Shown piece after piece: positions 1 through 12,649 of a stretch of DNA of 64,000 bases. Position 1 is the first letter of the stretch, and each line of letters opens with the position of its first letter. Under the pieces are notes generated by a model that saw only the letters and a list, made by a program, of their open reading frames with translations, ran no database searches and was not told the DNA's origin. A program made the translations under genes and the position numbers. Source of the DNA: Lama glama (Eukaryota). The stretch spans positions 70,310,001 through 70,374,000 of the forward strand of contig CM052817.1 in NCBI GenBank assembly GCA_028534125.1, written 5' to 3'.

Positions 1-424
1 CTCCAACTCCTGATTCTGAAAACAAAATGGAAATATGGGTGAATCATTTAGAAAAAGTAAGCGGAGGTATTTAAATTATGTAATAATGAAAACTCTTTAT
101 TAACACTGATATTTCCTATTCCCTCAGTAACTTAGATTCATTTCATAGTTAGCCTTTATGTGATATAATTGAAAAGCAAATGTTTCTAGTAAATAATTAT
201 GTTTGCAAGTTGTATTTTCTGTGTGTTTTTTTTTAAACAAGATTATTTCTAACCCATGGGCTATGTCTTTACAAATGTGTTTCACGTGATTTATTTGGTT
301 TTATCAAATAAGCTAAAATGTTGAGTACTTATGGTTTTCAGATTCTAAAGGTCTTGCATTTAATATCAGAAATTCAGGCTCATTATTGGAATATTTTGAG
401 CCAGACAGAACTTTAAATTCTAAA

Positions 425-562
425 TTTGAATTCTGGATTTGCCCCGTATTAGTTCTGTGACCTTGGGCAACAGTATTGTTTTTGTCTATATTGGAGACAT
501 AGTAATAGCTATTTCTTAGGATCAATGGAGAACTCAGTGAGATCAGTAACGAAAAGGTGCCT
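425..562 (+). mobile_element. MIR SINE fragment
   Basis: Core-like 'tgtgaccttgggcaa...taatagctatttcttagg...gtgaga', highly diverged. Confidence 0.6.
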
Positions 563-3194
563 TTTATGTACTAGGCCTCAATACGGGTTCTAATCAGGGA
601 AAACATGCCTCCAGTTAAGCAAAGAGTTATGTTTAGGAAAAAAATAGTCTCAATCAGACTTAAGCCAAAGTTTGAGCTAATGTATGAGGACAGAAACTAG
701 TAACTTCTGTGTGGGGTAAGTAAATTACAGTCTTAAGACTTATATCGGTACTCTTTAAAAGTGTACTGAATTTGTTCAAAATTAGTCAACTGTATATCAA
801 GTTATCCTGAAACAGTCAATAATAATAATGATGAGATAATATACAACTACAAACGCTAGAAAAGTAAGTATGGGCAAACACTGTTATTACTGTTGTTTTC
901 ATTATTAATGGTGATAGTACTGCAAAAAGGAAAAAGTCAAGTACAAAATGAAGCCGTTTTCAAGTTGTAAACTATCCTAATTCCACAGGCAGAGAAACAG
1001 AAGGTGGAAACATACATGTGAAAAATTGGAACAGGTGACCATCCTATTTATAGGTCAGGTTGGTCAGGGCAACGTCCTGAGTCTGTCTTTGCCAAGGCGA
1101 TTTTGGTGATGCTAAAATGTTCCCTGGGGTACCTGAGGGGCACGCAGGTGAAACTGCGGGGTGGGAGGATGGAAACAGGCTTGTAGAGCTCAGGAATATC
1201 CTGGTCTGGGGCATCACCCGCTACAATTGCTAGTGGAAGCCAGCCTTGAAGTCAGTTACTGCGCATCTCATGGGATGACTGTCAGCAGCTGTAAAGCTGG
1301 AAATGACTGTTACCGATTACCGTCCAGGGCCTCAGGCTAAAAAAGCTTTCTCCACCTGAAAAGTGGATTGTAAACACACCCTTTATGATCCTGAAAGACA
1401 GGAACAAATAGGGGACAATGACAGACCCCTTGCCCTAGAGTATGAAGATAAATAACTATTTCAAGAAAGAGGAAGGCTTTATATCTTAGGTCAGGATGGC
1501 AAGAAAAGGTTAAGAGTTTCTTAAGAACTAACAGGATATCAAACATGGAGAGGCAATGTATAACCGTCTCGGGAATTATGCTGGGGAAACAGGGCAGGAG
1601 AAAAGTGTGCAGATTTACGGGTCGTGTGCCTGCTCCAGAAAGATGCGCACCCTGCCCCTTCCACTTACTTCTGCTTACACATCACTTGTGTCTGCTCGCT
1701 CGTGGCCAGTGAGCCAAGGTTTCATAAGAATGGGGTTGCCCTCACTTTTTAGTGCCATGTTACTTGAAGCAGTTAATATGTTTATGGATAATGTCTCATT
1801 ACTGCCTTTTAAGTCACATTCCAGACCCCCTACATCACTTTGATAATAACACACCTGTCGCTGTGACTCAGAGCCCGCACCCTCTCGGTCTGTCACAGGC
1901 TGCCCTTCAAACAGCCTCCCCGACCATCTGCCTCTGTGCTGAGATTGTTGTGCCATAAAATACGGTGGTGTCTTGAACTATGCTCTTCTCCCCACACCCC
2001 ACCAGCCCCACTGTCTTCGGGCCTGGCACCCAGTCAAGCCTCTGGAGGCCTTCACCGCTCCCAGGATTGTCTGGCGGGTGTTCTGCCTTCGAGATATGGC
2101 CTGACCTGTTGCCCAGGAGCCAGAGAGGGCAAGGGCCTGGTTTGAATCAATGCCACCCCGTTGGCCTCCATACCCAGTTTAGAAGTTTTATTACGTGGGA
2201 ATGGTGTGGCTCAAGGGGTTGACACAGAGCTGGTAAAAGATGCCTGAGAGTCTCTCCCCACTTTGGCTGGAATCCAGCCCTGCAGGGTAGTGGCCGGATG
2301 TGATTAGCAGTTGCAGGAAGCTGTGTGAAGGGGAGGTGAAATGAAACTAGAGGCTCCATCCTGGTGAACAAGTGTCCTCCCAGGTCTAGTAACGCTCTGA
2401 TGCATGTGAGGTGCAGCAGAGAAGCCAGAAATAAGATTGCTTGGGAAATCATATACCCTTTTTTCCAGAGTAGAGGCCACAGTATGGGAAGGAAAATATT
2501 AGAGGAAATAAAGAAATAAACTAGTTTAATTAAAGTTTAAATAAATTTATCAATAAGATAAATAAGTAAATTTGGTAAGTAAATTTGAATCAACTGCTGT
2601 TGGAATTTAGATCTGCTGATATTACTAGTTTCAAAGTACTGCTTTCATATTACCATCAAAGCTGATAACTTTCTATTTGGTTATGTAAAATCACAGAAGG
2701 TTCTGAGAACCACAAGTTACCTGATACTCTGGTCTTGACATATACACACACCTGGCCCGGACACCGGTGTACACGTGCATATATTCTGAGATGCTTTCCG
2801 TAACCACGCCCCTTGTATCACTCATGTCCACTTCTCATCTACTTTTATAGAAGACAATATCTGATCTGTTAAGTATTCTTTTTAGGCAACTTCTAATAGT
2901 AATGACCTAAAAATATGGATCGTGTATTTCTTATAGTTTTAAGTCTGTCATAATGTTGATATTATTATTGTTTTATTGCTTATCATGATACATTAGGAAC
3001 TTCACTGCTCATTTTCACAACCTTGTTTGTTCTGCAAGAACTCTTTTTACTCAAACTACAGAAAAAATTTGAAGAATATATTCTAAACACCAACAGTAGT
3101 TATTTCTAAAATAAGCTGACGATTACAAGTGACTTTCATTTTCTTTTGTCCTTATTTCTGTACATTCCAAATATTTCCACAGTAAAAATGTTTG

Positions 3195-3435
3195 TGTTTG
3201 TTGAGTGCTTTCTCCATGTCAGGTTCTGTGCTAGGTCTTTTATGATCATCATTACATAGTATCTTCACAATAACGCCATAAGAGAGGTCCTATTATACTC
3301 CTCACTTTACACATGGAGAAGCTAAAGTTTGAAGAGTTTAAATAAATTAGTCCAAAGACGCATAAATGGCAGGGCCAAAATTCAAACTCATGAATATCTG
3401 ATTCTAGAACTTGGGTTATTAACCACTGTGCTAAA
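3195..3435 (-). mobile_element. MIR SINE
   Basis: Reverse MIR: 'ttgagtgct...cttcacaataac...ctcactttacacatggagaagctaaag...ttcaaactc...taaccactgtgcta'. Confidence 0.8.
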
Positions 3436-3934
3436 ATTCATTTCTTTCTGTAATCAGAACCCCCCCACACACAATTTTTATTCTAAAAATAGACAATAAC
3501 TTTGACTACTGCATTTAGCATATAACTTACATGACAGATATTAAAGGTACAATCATATTTCCACATCTACCAGGTTACAGTCTGACAGCTGCTTAAGAAA
3601 AAAATTAAGATTCACTTAACTGGAGACTCACCATTTTTAATCAGCTTAAAAGTGTTATTTGACCCTGATGTCTATTTCTATGACATTTAGAAATACATTA
3701 GAAAAAGAGAGTTAGGAAATACGCAGAGAAATTATTCAAATCATGCAAAAGAAATCTTAAAGAAATGACACTGCAAGTTAGATTGTTTCTGCTTTCTGTT
3801 TGGTTGGTTGTTTTTTTTTTGTTTTGTTTTGTTTTGTTTTTTGCCTGAAGAAGAAAGGCTGCAGGAGGAGTCAACTGCAGTTTTGAAATAAAGGAAGAGC
3901 TCTGGTGTGGTTCGTGGGAGCAGCTGTTCTCTCA

Positions 3935-4330
3935 TCTCAGACCACATCTGGAAATGATGTTCAGGTCTGGGTACCACATTTTAAGAGAGACCTTGATCAA
4001 CTGGAGTGTGTCAGACAGGGATGAACAGGATGGGATGTACCTAGAAACAACCACGTATGAGTTAAAGTTGCCGGAACTCTGGTTGTTCCAGGGAAAAGAT
4101 TTGAAGGAAACAAAAGGTCTTGGTCCGAAGCTATGAAGGTCTGTCACATTGACGAGGGATGAGGCTTGTTCTATCTCTTGCCATCGGGCAGGACTAAGAC
4201 CTTAAGGTCAGGTGTCAATTTAACACAAAAAGAAATTCAGAACCTAATAAAATGGGGGCAAGTGAACTAATGAGGGTCCTGGGCCCTGTCAAGCTGAAAG
4301 AAGAATGTCTGAATAGACTTATTAGGGCGG
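3935..4330 (+). mobile_element. L3/CR1 LINE 3' fragment
   Basis: 'cagaccacatctgga...tgggtaccacattttaagagagaccttgatcaactggagtgtgtc...aggatgg' closely follows the CR1/L3 RT 3' region. Confidence 0.8.
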
Positions 4331-4431
4331 GCCTGGTAGAACTACCAGTTGAGATGGCAGAAATTTCCGAGTCAGTGTTAAAGAAATGAGAGGCAACTTC
4401 CCCTAGGGAAAGGCTTGAAGGTTCTTGTATT

Positions 4432-4474
4432 GGTAATACAACTTATATAAACCGGTAATACAACTTATATAAAC
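4432..4474. repeat. Tandem duplication, 2 x 21 bp (period 22)
   Basis: ggtaatacaacttatataaac at 4432-4452 and 4454-4474, identical. Confidence 0.95.
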
Positions 4475-4749
4475 TTTTTGTCCTCTTCTGCCACACACCT
4501 GTATTCTTTTGTTCAATAAACGTGTCTCCAGAACAACATGACATTGTGCTACCCTTTGGAAATTTACGTTTAACTCTGAAAAATTCCCCTTTTCATAACT
4601 GTTTGTTTAACACAACTCGCTAGGAGAAAACAGAGTGGAGGGAAGGAAAGCCCCCACAAATCTCTGTAAACAAGTAGATACCTTTTTAGACAAACGTGAA
4701 CAAAGAGCATGAGATCTTGACCTATTCTCAGTTAAAATTTTAATGTCCC

Positions 4750-4928
4750 ATGTGACCCTGAGTAAGATAATTTACTTAAGTTCTCTGTGCCTCAGCCCCT
4801 TCATCAGTAAAATGGGTATAATAACTCTTGCCTCATGGCTCTTATGGGAATTAGTGAGTTAATGTTTGCTCAGTTCTTTGAGGTCCTTGGATGAAAGGTG
4901 TTGTATAAATACTAGGTATCATTATTAG
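4750..4928 (+). mobile_element. MIR SINE
   Basis: 'tctctgtgcctcag...tcatcagtaaaatgggtataata' MIR core, ending 'tcattattag'. Confidence 0.8.
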
Positions 4929-5919
4929 CTTTTAATGACCATATCTGTACTTACAATACCAAGTGTCCTAAGAAACAGAAGCTGTTACAAGCCACAGAAG
5001 AGCTTTCAAAGACTGTTCACAAGTGTCAATGAAACCCTAAGCTAGAATTATTGAGAGAGCTTTGTGTCTTACTGTCAGCTTAAAAACTGCAGTCCTATGG
5101 AGTCAATCTGATATTTAGCTGTAGATTCAAGGGATGCTTTTAAAAGCATTTTTGCTGTCTTTCAAACTAGTTTTCATAACTGCTTTTAAGCTAGTGGCTA
5201 TTTTGGGATCTTCAAATTATTTCATTTTTCTTATCTAATTATAGTCTCAGTGGAACCTTCTCGATACTTACATATGCTAAATGTGGTAGCTTTTACTCTT
5301 TTTTTTTTTCTTCTTCTCTTGTGAACAGAACAGCAGCTTTTGTCCTTAATGCAGGAAGAACTCATAAGATAGCTATCAACCATGGTGCAGAAGTAGAGAT
5401 CACCTTGCTCTGGGCTCTCTCCTGCTGTTCACACTCACGGCTGCTCCATGCTGGTTGAGCACTCACTCCACTCCTTGTAAGTATCAGAAATGGCACAAGT
5501 TGGTGGTGGGGGAAAGAGGGGGCCCTTCTTTGATCTCAGATGACACCCTTAAAAGATCAACATTTAAAGAGAAGGAAAAACAAATATAGAAAAAAGGAAC
5601 AACAGTGAGATATGGAACAGCTCAGGTGTCACCTATGTATCTGCTTCAAGATGATCGGTCAGAGTGCTTCCTACAAAAAGGCAGATTATCCAATAGAAAA
5701 CTGGACAATAATTATCAACACATACGTCAAGAAAGAAGTCTTACTGATCAATAAATATGAAAAGATGCCTGGAGAAATGCAAATGAAACAGGAAAGAGGC
5801 ACTTCAGGTTGCAAAGCATTTTTATTTAAAGACTAGCACAAGTGGAGAAGAAAGTGAAGCAACACTGCTGTTGGGGTATAAATCGATACAACCAACCCCA
5901 GGAGAATAATTTTATAAAG

Positions 5920-5931
5920 ATATATACATAC

Positions 5932-5976
<45 letters not shown>
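5920..5976. repeat. Compound (TA)n(GA)n microsatellite
   Basis: Direct reading. Confidence 0.95.
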
Positions 5977-6201
5977 TCTTTTAATCCTATCTAGTAAAGT
6001 TGAAGATGTGTATACACTAACGCTCAGCCTTTCACTTACAGACTTAACACTCTATAGATAAACACTTGCCAATGCATGGAAGGAACTGTGAACAAGAATG
6101 TTCATAGCACCATTTGTAATGGTAAGAATTAAGAATCTACCTAATGATGGAAATAATCCAAATGTGCATCAAAAGAAGGCCAATTGAAAAACAGTGGTGT
6201 A

Positions 6202-6369
6202 GGGTTTGCGGGAGGGTATAGCTCAGTGGTAGAATGCATGCTGAGCATGCACAAGGTCCTGGGTTCAATCCCCAGTACCTCTGTGAAAGGAAGGAAGAAA
6301 GGAAAGAAAGAAGGAAAGAAAAAAGAAAGAAGGAAAAAAGGTAAAGAAAAGTAAAGAAAGAAAGAAAGA
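6202..6369 (+). mobile_element. tRNA-Ala-derived SINE (camelid vic-1 type) with (GAAA)n-like tail
   Basis: 'gggagggtatagctcagtggtagaatgcatgctgagcatgcacaaggtcctgggttcaatccccagtacctc' with A and B boxes, purine-rich tail. Confidence 0.9.
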
Positions 6370-6768
6370 GTGTATTCATATATGGCATACTAGGCACTAT
6401 CCAGCAGTGAAATTGAATTAACTAGAGCTACAAGTATTACTCTGGATCTCTGTGGAGAACTCTCAAAAAACATAATGTTTAGGACAAAAAGAAAAAAGGA
6501 AAAAAAAGCTATGGAAACATACAGGAAAAATATCTTTTACATAAAATTTTAAAATATTCAAAAGATGATGACTGTGTGGTTATTATTATAGAGAAATTCA
6601 AACTCTTAATCTGTGTGTCGAGTCTGAATTCCCAGTCTTGGCAGTTTCTCTAAAGTTGTTCAGCACTTTCTTGAAACTCACCCTACTAGTGCCAAGTAAT
6701 TTCTACAACTGAGATTTCTGAAAAATTCAAGGGTCCCCATACCCCTCCAAGAAATATCTGTTTTAACC

Positions 6769-7249
6769 CAGAGCTATCCACTAGAAACATAATGGGAACC
6801 ACATATGTAATTTAAAATTTTCTAGTAGTCATATAAAAAGTTAAAAATAAGTGGGTAAAATTAATTTTGATAACAGATATCATTTAACTAAACATAGTCA
6901 AAATATTCTATAGGTAAATAAGATATTTTGCCTTTTTTACACGAAGTCTTTAAAATCTGGTGTGCATTCTACAGTTAGAGTGCATCTCTAGTTGGATGAT
7001 AAATTTTCATTAGAAATACTTGCTCTGTATTTAGATTTCATAAAATTTAAAATTGCAAGGATAGATTCACGTACCCAACTTATCTCAAACATACACGTTT
7101 TCTAATAACTGAATCGAGTACTTGTTTTCAAATTTAAATTTTAATTAATTGAAATGAAATAAGATGACAAATTTAGTTCCTTAGTCTCACAACATTGCAA
7201 AAGCTCGCCAGTCACATGTGGCTCTTGGCTACCACACTGGACACAGCAG
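6769..7249 (+). mobile_element. hAT-Charlie DNA transposon (MER33/MER3/Charlie5 family deletion derivative)
   Basis: MER33-like left arm 'cagagctatcca...catatgtaatttaaaattttctagtag', right arm 'cacatgtggct...ggctacc...tggacacagcag'. Confidence 0.8.
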
Positions 7250-8929
7250 GTCTAACTTACAGTCCTCGGAACCTATGTCCACCTACCTTTTCTCCCTGGG
7301 GTTCATCTTTTCACATGGTTGAAATCAAACTGAAAAAGTATAGCATAGCCTTGCTGGACAAAGGTAGCTACACAGAACCACCTGCAGCAGAAGTGCTGAC
7401 CAGCAAGGGCCAACGCCACTGAATGACAGGAGTCTAGCCTGGAGTACGTGCTCAGCCACTTACTTCCTTAACCTCTCAACTGCCTATTACAGCTCTAATC
7501 TCCCACTAGGCAAACAAAGCTGGGGAGAATCCCTGAAGGTTCCATACCTTTGTGTTGACTCTGTTTCTGGAATGTCTATTCCAAATTGTTAAGCTCCCGA
7601 AGTGTGAGCCATTCTGTTCTACTAAAATAACAGCCCCCTTCCAGGTTCGGTGCTTGCTTGTCCTCTGGGATTCCTTGGTAGTTTCAAGATTGGATAATTA
7701 AACACAAGAAACTGAAGAAACTCATCTGAGAGGAAATACGCAGAGGCTCCTGCTGGCGAGAAGGTAGGAACTCAGAGGCTATGATGATAAGGCATTGCTA
7801 GAGGTGGGTGGACAAAGAAAGACATCGGAGTCTTCAAACTAAAAGGGAGTCTGTGAAATTCATAGTCAGTTGCCAGCAGAGTATGATTTGGCAGAAAGGG
7901 GCGGGAATCACCGGGATAGAACCTTAGAACCAGAAAGCCAAACCGACCGGAACCTGAAGTGAAACAGAACGGTACCGTCCTTCTGACTTTGCCACTTGGA
8001 GTTCAAAGCAGTAAGCAGCATGCCTTGTTAGGAAGCGGCGACCAGCGTGCCAGTGGTAGAAATGGAGGGCTACTGGATTTTTAAATGGAAGGCCATCAGA
8101 CTCTACAGTATCCCAAAGTAGCCTCCCATTTTTATCATGCTTAATGCCAGCTTACACACACAACACACCCACTCATGCACACTCACAGAGCCATAGTAAG
8201 GGCAGAGAGTGGTTCCTTAAGAAAACAACAGCAACAAAGCCTTTGAAACTATTGATAATTAATAAGCTAGGCACCAGCAATTAATATGTGCAGAGATGGG
8301 GCGCCTACTGTTCCCCGAGCCATAGCTCATTTAAAATACTCACCCTGTAATTTATGAGCAATATTTAATACCTCAGTGACCATAAACCTCAATGTTTTAT
8401 TACCACTGCTTAGCATACCTTTGATGTGCTGCCCAGCACTACACAATCCAAAACAAATTACTTTCAGGAAGCTGGATATTATATAAATGCAGGAAAGTCA
8501 TAAATAATGCACAGGAGGAATATTTTCGGTGGGTTCTGACCTGCCACAACGGGTCTCTGTGATGGGACTTCTCAGGCATCTCTCCGGCCCTGGAGGAGGG
8601 GCGGGGGACCGTCCATCTGAGGCGGGTTTGTCAGACACGGAGGGCATGCTGGCTTCCAGGCACCACTGACGCTACTTTTTCAACCTATGGCATTGGCAGA
8701 TGTGAAGCAAACGAGGCCCACTTAGGAAGCTGTGGTCTTCTTAATGAGCTACAGATGTATAAGGAACGGCCCTTCCACTGGCGTTTTTGGTGGGCTCTTC
8801 ACCATCTTCCCTGCTATTGCTTGGACATGTGTCAGCTCCCCTTCCCATTCTCAACAGCAGCTGTTCAAAACCCTCCACTCTCTTCGAGGCCCTGAACCCC
8901 GACACCTGCTGTCTTGGAAGAAGAGGTAA

Positions 8930-9732
8930 TCTACTACCTCGCTGAGGAAATCGAGGCCATCAGGCAAGAACTCCTCCATCTTCTCTCCCCAGCACATCCA
9001 AACATTTGCCTCCATCCTCACGTACAACTCTCATCTTGAACAGGAGAGTTCTTTCCAAAGGCGAAACCCCTGTGTCTTTGATCATCTCCCCTCCTCTCTC
9101 CTCTGGCCATGACCTGTAAATTATCCCCTTACCTCTATAGTCCTCTCCTTCTCCACAGGTTCCTGGCTTTTGGTCCTCAAATAGGATAGAATATACTGCA
9201 TCCTACAAATGAATAAGCAAGCAAAAGAAAATCTTCTCCATGACCACATTCCCTTATTTCTGAAGATGCACTTTTACTCTGTCTCTGCCCCGCATCCAAT
9301 TCTTGAAAAGTGGTGGCCTTTTCCCAATTCAGACCTTGCCGCTGTTGTCAAGCAGATTCTGTCCTCAACAATCTACTAAGAATGTTACGGTGGTTTTCCA
9401 CATCCCATGACCTCCTTCAGACCCCTGGCAGGGTTAGGTGTAGTTGCTCCCTTGCTGCACCCCACCTGAAATCTCCCAGGCTTGTGTGTTCATATTCTTG
9501 CTCAGTATTTCAGTCCCCACTCGGGTCTCTTGCTGGCTCTGCTTCCCCTGCTCACCCCTAGTCTCTGTCCCTTCTCTGAGCGCCTTTCTGGTTGAGCTCA
9601 GCTTCTTCACTGGCTTCAGCCATCCTTCTGACAATAGTGGCTTCCAGTCCTGTCCCTGAACCTCAGTTCTATAAGTTCCGCTGGTTCCCCACTGGACAAC
9701 CTCACCTAGTGTCCCACAGGTCAGCTTTCCAA
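8930..9732 (+). mobile_element. L2 LINE fragment (5' part of a copy split by L1)
   Basis: Pyrimidine-rich, 'ctgaggaaatcgaggccatcaggcaagaactcct' L2 motif. Confidence 0.6.
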
Positions 9733-9789
9733 AATGCAAGTTACAATGAAGGCTAGACAGGTACTAAAATATATAGATAGGTGCCAAAC

Positions 9790-10615
9790 TACCACCTCCA
9801 CAGACCATTTGCTAATTACAAAGGGGAAACGTATCTTTACAATGGAGTGATACAATGACCATCACATCAACGAATCAAATGTAGTGTCGTTCCACAGGCT
9901 GTGCAACAACCTGACATTATACCTTTGCTGATGGGATAAAATATAAAATATGGCATTGCCTGTAAATTATTGTTGTCAAAGACATTTAACCTGAACATAA
10001 TCAAGTCTTTAGAACCCAACTTTCTGTTACATAAAAACACACAGAGAATGCAAGTTACAATGAATGATGCCACACACTAACAATCGGGCAAATCCAGATT
10101 GTGAGACCTCTCTAAGACAAGTGCCTGGTCCCTTAAAAAACACAATAAATGACAGTCAATATCATTTGGAAAATGGAGAATGTTCTAGAATGAAACGACT
10201 AAAGAGAGACAACCAAATGCAATGCATGAAACTTGATTGAAAATGCTTTAAACAACCAACTATAAAAGATATTTCTGGTGCAATCTGGGAAATTTGAACA
10301 TGGGCTTTAAACTAGATAACATTAGAGAAATAGTGTAAATTTTCTTAGATGTGGTAATGGTATTGTGTTTATGGAAGAGAATGTTCTTATTCTTGGGAGA
10401 CGTATGTTGAATTTAGGGATAAATTTCCATGGTGCCTGCAACTTACTTTCAAATGTTTCTGCAGAAACAAAGGTGTATGTATATAAATGTGTATAAATCA
10501 AATATGGCAAAGGATCAATAACTTTTTCATTTAGATGATACGTGTAGGAAAATTCAATTTACTTTGTCAACGTTCTTGCGTGTTTAAAATTTTTCATTTG
10601 AAAAGCTAGGAAAAA
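9790..10615 (+). mobile_element. Ancient L1 (L1MC/L1ME-like) 3' UTR
   Basis: 'aattttcttagatgtggtaatggtattgtg...gagaatgttcttattctt...tgcaacttactttcaaatg' typical L1MC4/5-type 3' end. Confidence 0.8.
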
Positions 10616-10659
10616 CAAGTCAAAAATGTAAATAGACGTTTAAAACTTATTTTTTTTTC

Positions 10660-10985
10660 AACCTCACACGTACTCCTTCTTTCCTATTCATTATTCACCA
10701 ACTACATCAAGCTAAATGTCTTGGCATGATCTGTAACTTCTCCCCTCCTCCTCACATCCCCTGTCTCCCCTATTCTATCAGCTGGTCTCCATGTCTCCAT
10801 CTCTTGGGGGGGGTCTCTCCAGCTCACAGCTGCTGCACTGCCTTCATCAGGCCTCCATCGGGAGCCACCTGGGTCCCCACCACCCAGGCTCAAGCTACTC
10901 CCCAATCAGTCCATTCTCCCTGTCCACTCCCCAGAGGAAACCTTTCAACAGGCCCCTACCGCCTGTAAAGTAAGATCAAATTCTC
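10660..10985 (+). mobile_element. L2 LINE fragment (continuation after the L1 insertion)
   Basis: Pyrimidine-rich L2-like sequence resumes after the L1 tail. Confidence 0.5.
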
Positions 10986-11349
10986 TGAAGTAAAAATCTT
11001 ACAGGATAACACTGAAATGGAATCTGGAGGTAAGGACGTGGAGGAGGTCAAACTTACCTCCAGAGACACCCTCAGGCTTTCGACTTCTAATCTAGAGTTC
11101 TGAGCCCTGCGCTGCCTGGCTCTAAGCCTCACCTCTGTGCTGAGATAGCAAAGAAGATGGGCCTAAGAGAAAGTACAGTGCTCCCTGTGAACCCTAAGCT
11201 GTCTGAGGAGAAAGAGATCATTTATGGATCAGGAAAGTAGCCTAGATTTTTAAGGCCTATAAAAGAGAGTCTTTTAAATATCACAGCCATGACCTCAGAG
11301 GCTCAATGAAAGACTCACTTTATTGACTCCAGAAGTGATTTATAACACC

Positions 11350-11792
11350 CTGCTGGGGAAGCTGAGGGGAAGCAGATATTCCCATATGTTGTTAGCATGA
11401 GTGTAAACTGGTACAGTCCCTGCGGAGGGCAGTTTGGCAACATCCAAATGAGTATGTCCTTCTTAGATCCTGGCAAGGTCACTTCAGAAAATGTGTCCTA
11501 CAGATAAACTTGCACGTATGCAAAATGATGTATGGGTATGTAACGTTGCTGTGTCATTCATTGAAGCATTGTGTGAACTGGCGAAATACTGAAATAAACC
11601 AAACGTCCACCAATAAGAGACTAGTTAAATAATGACACATCAACCTAAAGAAATTCTACGCAGAGACATCAACCTAAAGAAATTCTATGCAGCTAATATA
11701 ATGAACTGAGGAAGGCCTCTATGCACAAATACCTGCAAGATACATTGTAATGTGCAAAAAGCAACATGCATCAGGGTGTGTACAGTACTCTA
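11350..11792 (+). mobile_element. Ancient L1ME-like 3' fragment
   Basis: 'gagtgtaaactggtacag...ggagggcagtttggcaa', 'aaccaaacgtccaccaataagagactagttaaataa'. Confidence 0.75.
11637..11692. repeat. Tandem duplication, period 29 bp
   Basis: acatcaacctaaagaaattcta(c/t)gcag at 11637-11663 and 11666-11692, one CpG-type mismatch. Confidence 0.95.
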
Positions 11793-11869
11793 AGGGCTCA
11801 AGAAGTAAAAAGGCAAAAAGGGCACACCACAATAATGTAGCAATATTAACTACAGAAAGCCCCCATCGT

Positions 11870-12235
11870 TTCTCAGGTGAGGAAAACACAGGGAGAACAC
11901 AGGGTTATCAGAACCTAGAAACTTGAGGAGACATTCCACGGAGCTGGCACTCGGACACCTGAGAAGGGGCACGGCCGGCTGGTGCTGACGTCTGTGCTGG
12001 GGCGGCGCGGACACGGAGGCTGCTGTGGGGCGCGCAGGGGCAAGCTGGCGTCGGGAACCACGTGCACGGATGTGCTCTCCTCTTCCCGCCTTCCTGTCTT
12101 CCTCTAGTTTTCTCTACGGGCTGATTCTCACAGAGAACCAGCTATCAAGAGAAAAATGCCGTTTCCAGAGTCCCAGACTGGAGAACAGAAGGATGGATCT
12201 GAAGCTGAGAGGCACTCGGCTTAGTAACTAGCGCG
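11870..12235 (-). mobile_element. Ancient ERV LTR fragment (LTR78-like)
   Basis: 'ccagct...cagagtcccag...agaaggatggatctgaagctgagaggca...taact' resembles the recalled LTR78-type terminus; subfamily uncertain. Confidence 0.5.
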
Positions 12236-12649
12236 CTGGACTCAGTCGGGATGGCCGCCTCGGGCACAGGGTCACACATGTGACTGTGGGAACTGGTGCA
12301 GCTGGAAGTGACGATGGGCTTCCCGCCAAGCCCTGGAGCTGCCCCTGCCCCCGCAGGCTGCGACTGGCTCCGGCACCAGGAGCGAGGTTTAGATTCACAC
12401 CAGGTGACCGCGTATCTTCTGTGGGCCGGAGCCCTGGTGGACTTTTTTGCATATGTTGCTTTTATTTATCCTTCTGCTATCACTTGGGATGAATAACCTC
12501 ATCGTCACTTCATAAATGAGAATGTTGATTGAGCAAAAGGCATACTTCTGAGTAGAGGGTCTCCTTCCCCCTCTTCTCCCCTCATTTTCATTCTGTCAGA
12601 TAATAGGGTATTAGCTGAACTGCACAAATGAGTGGTTTCAGCCGCTCAC

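Larger units (their letters stand above)
5670..6570 (+). mobile_element. Ancient L1 (L1ME-like) 3' region, interrupted by a microsatellite and a SINE
   Basis: 'gagaaatgcaaatgaaa', 'acaagaatgttcatagca', 'aatccaaatgtgcatcaa' L1 3' motifs. Confidence 0.7.

Noticed and set aside
1030..2700. Possible old DNA transposon or LTR in a GC-richer block
   Set aside because: Could not match it confidently to any family from sequence alone
6209..6282. tRNA-Ala genes at 6209, 21620 and 46160
   Set aside because: A-rich tails, TSD or insertion inside repeats, and mutated anticodon loops or stems indicate SINE copies
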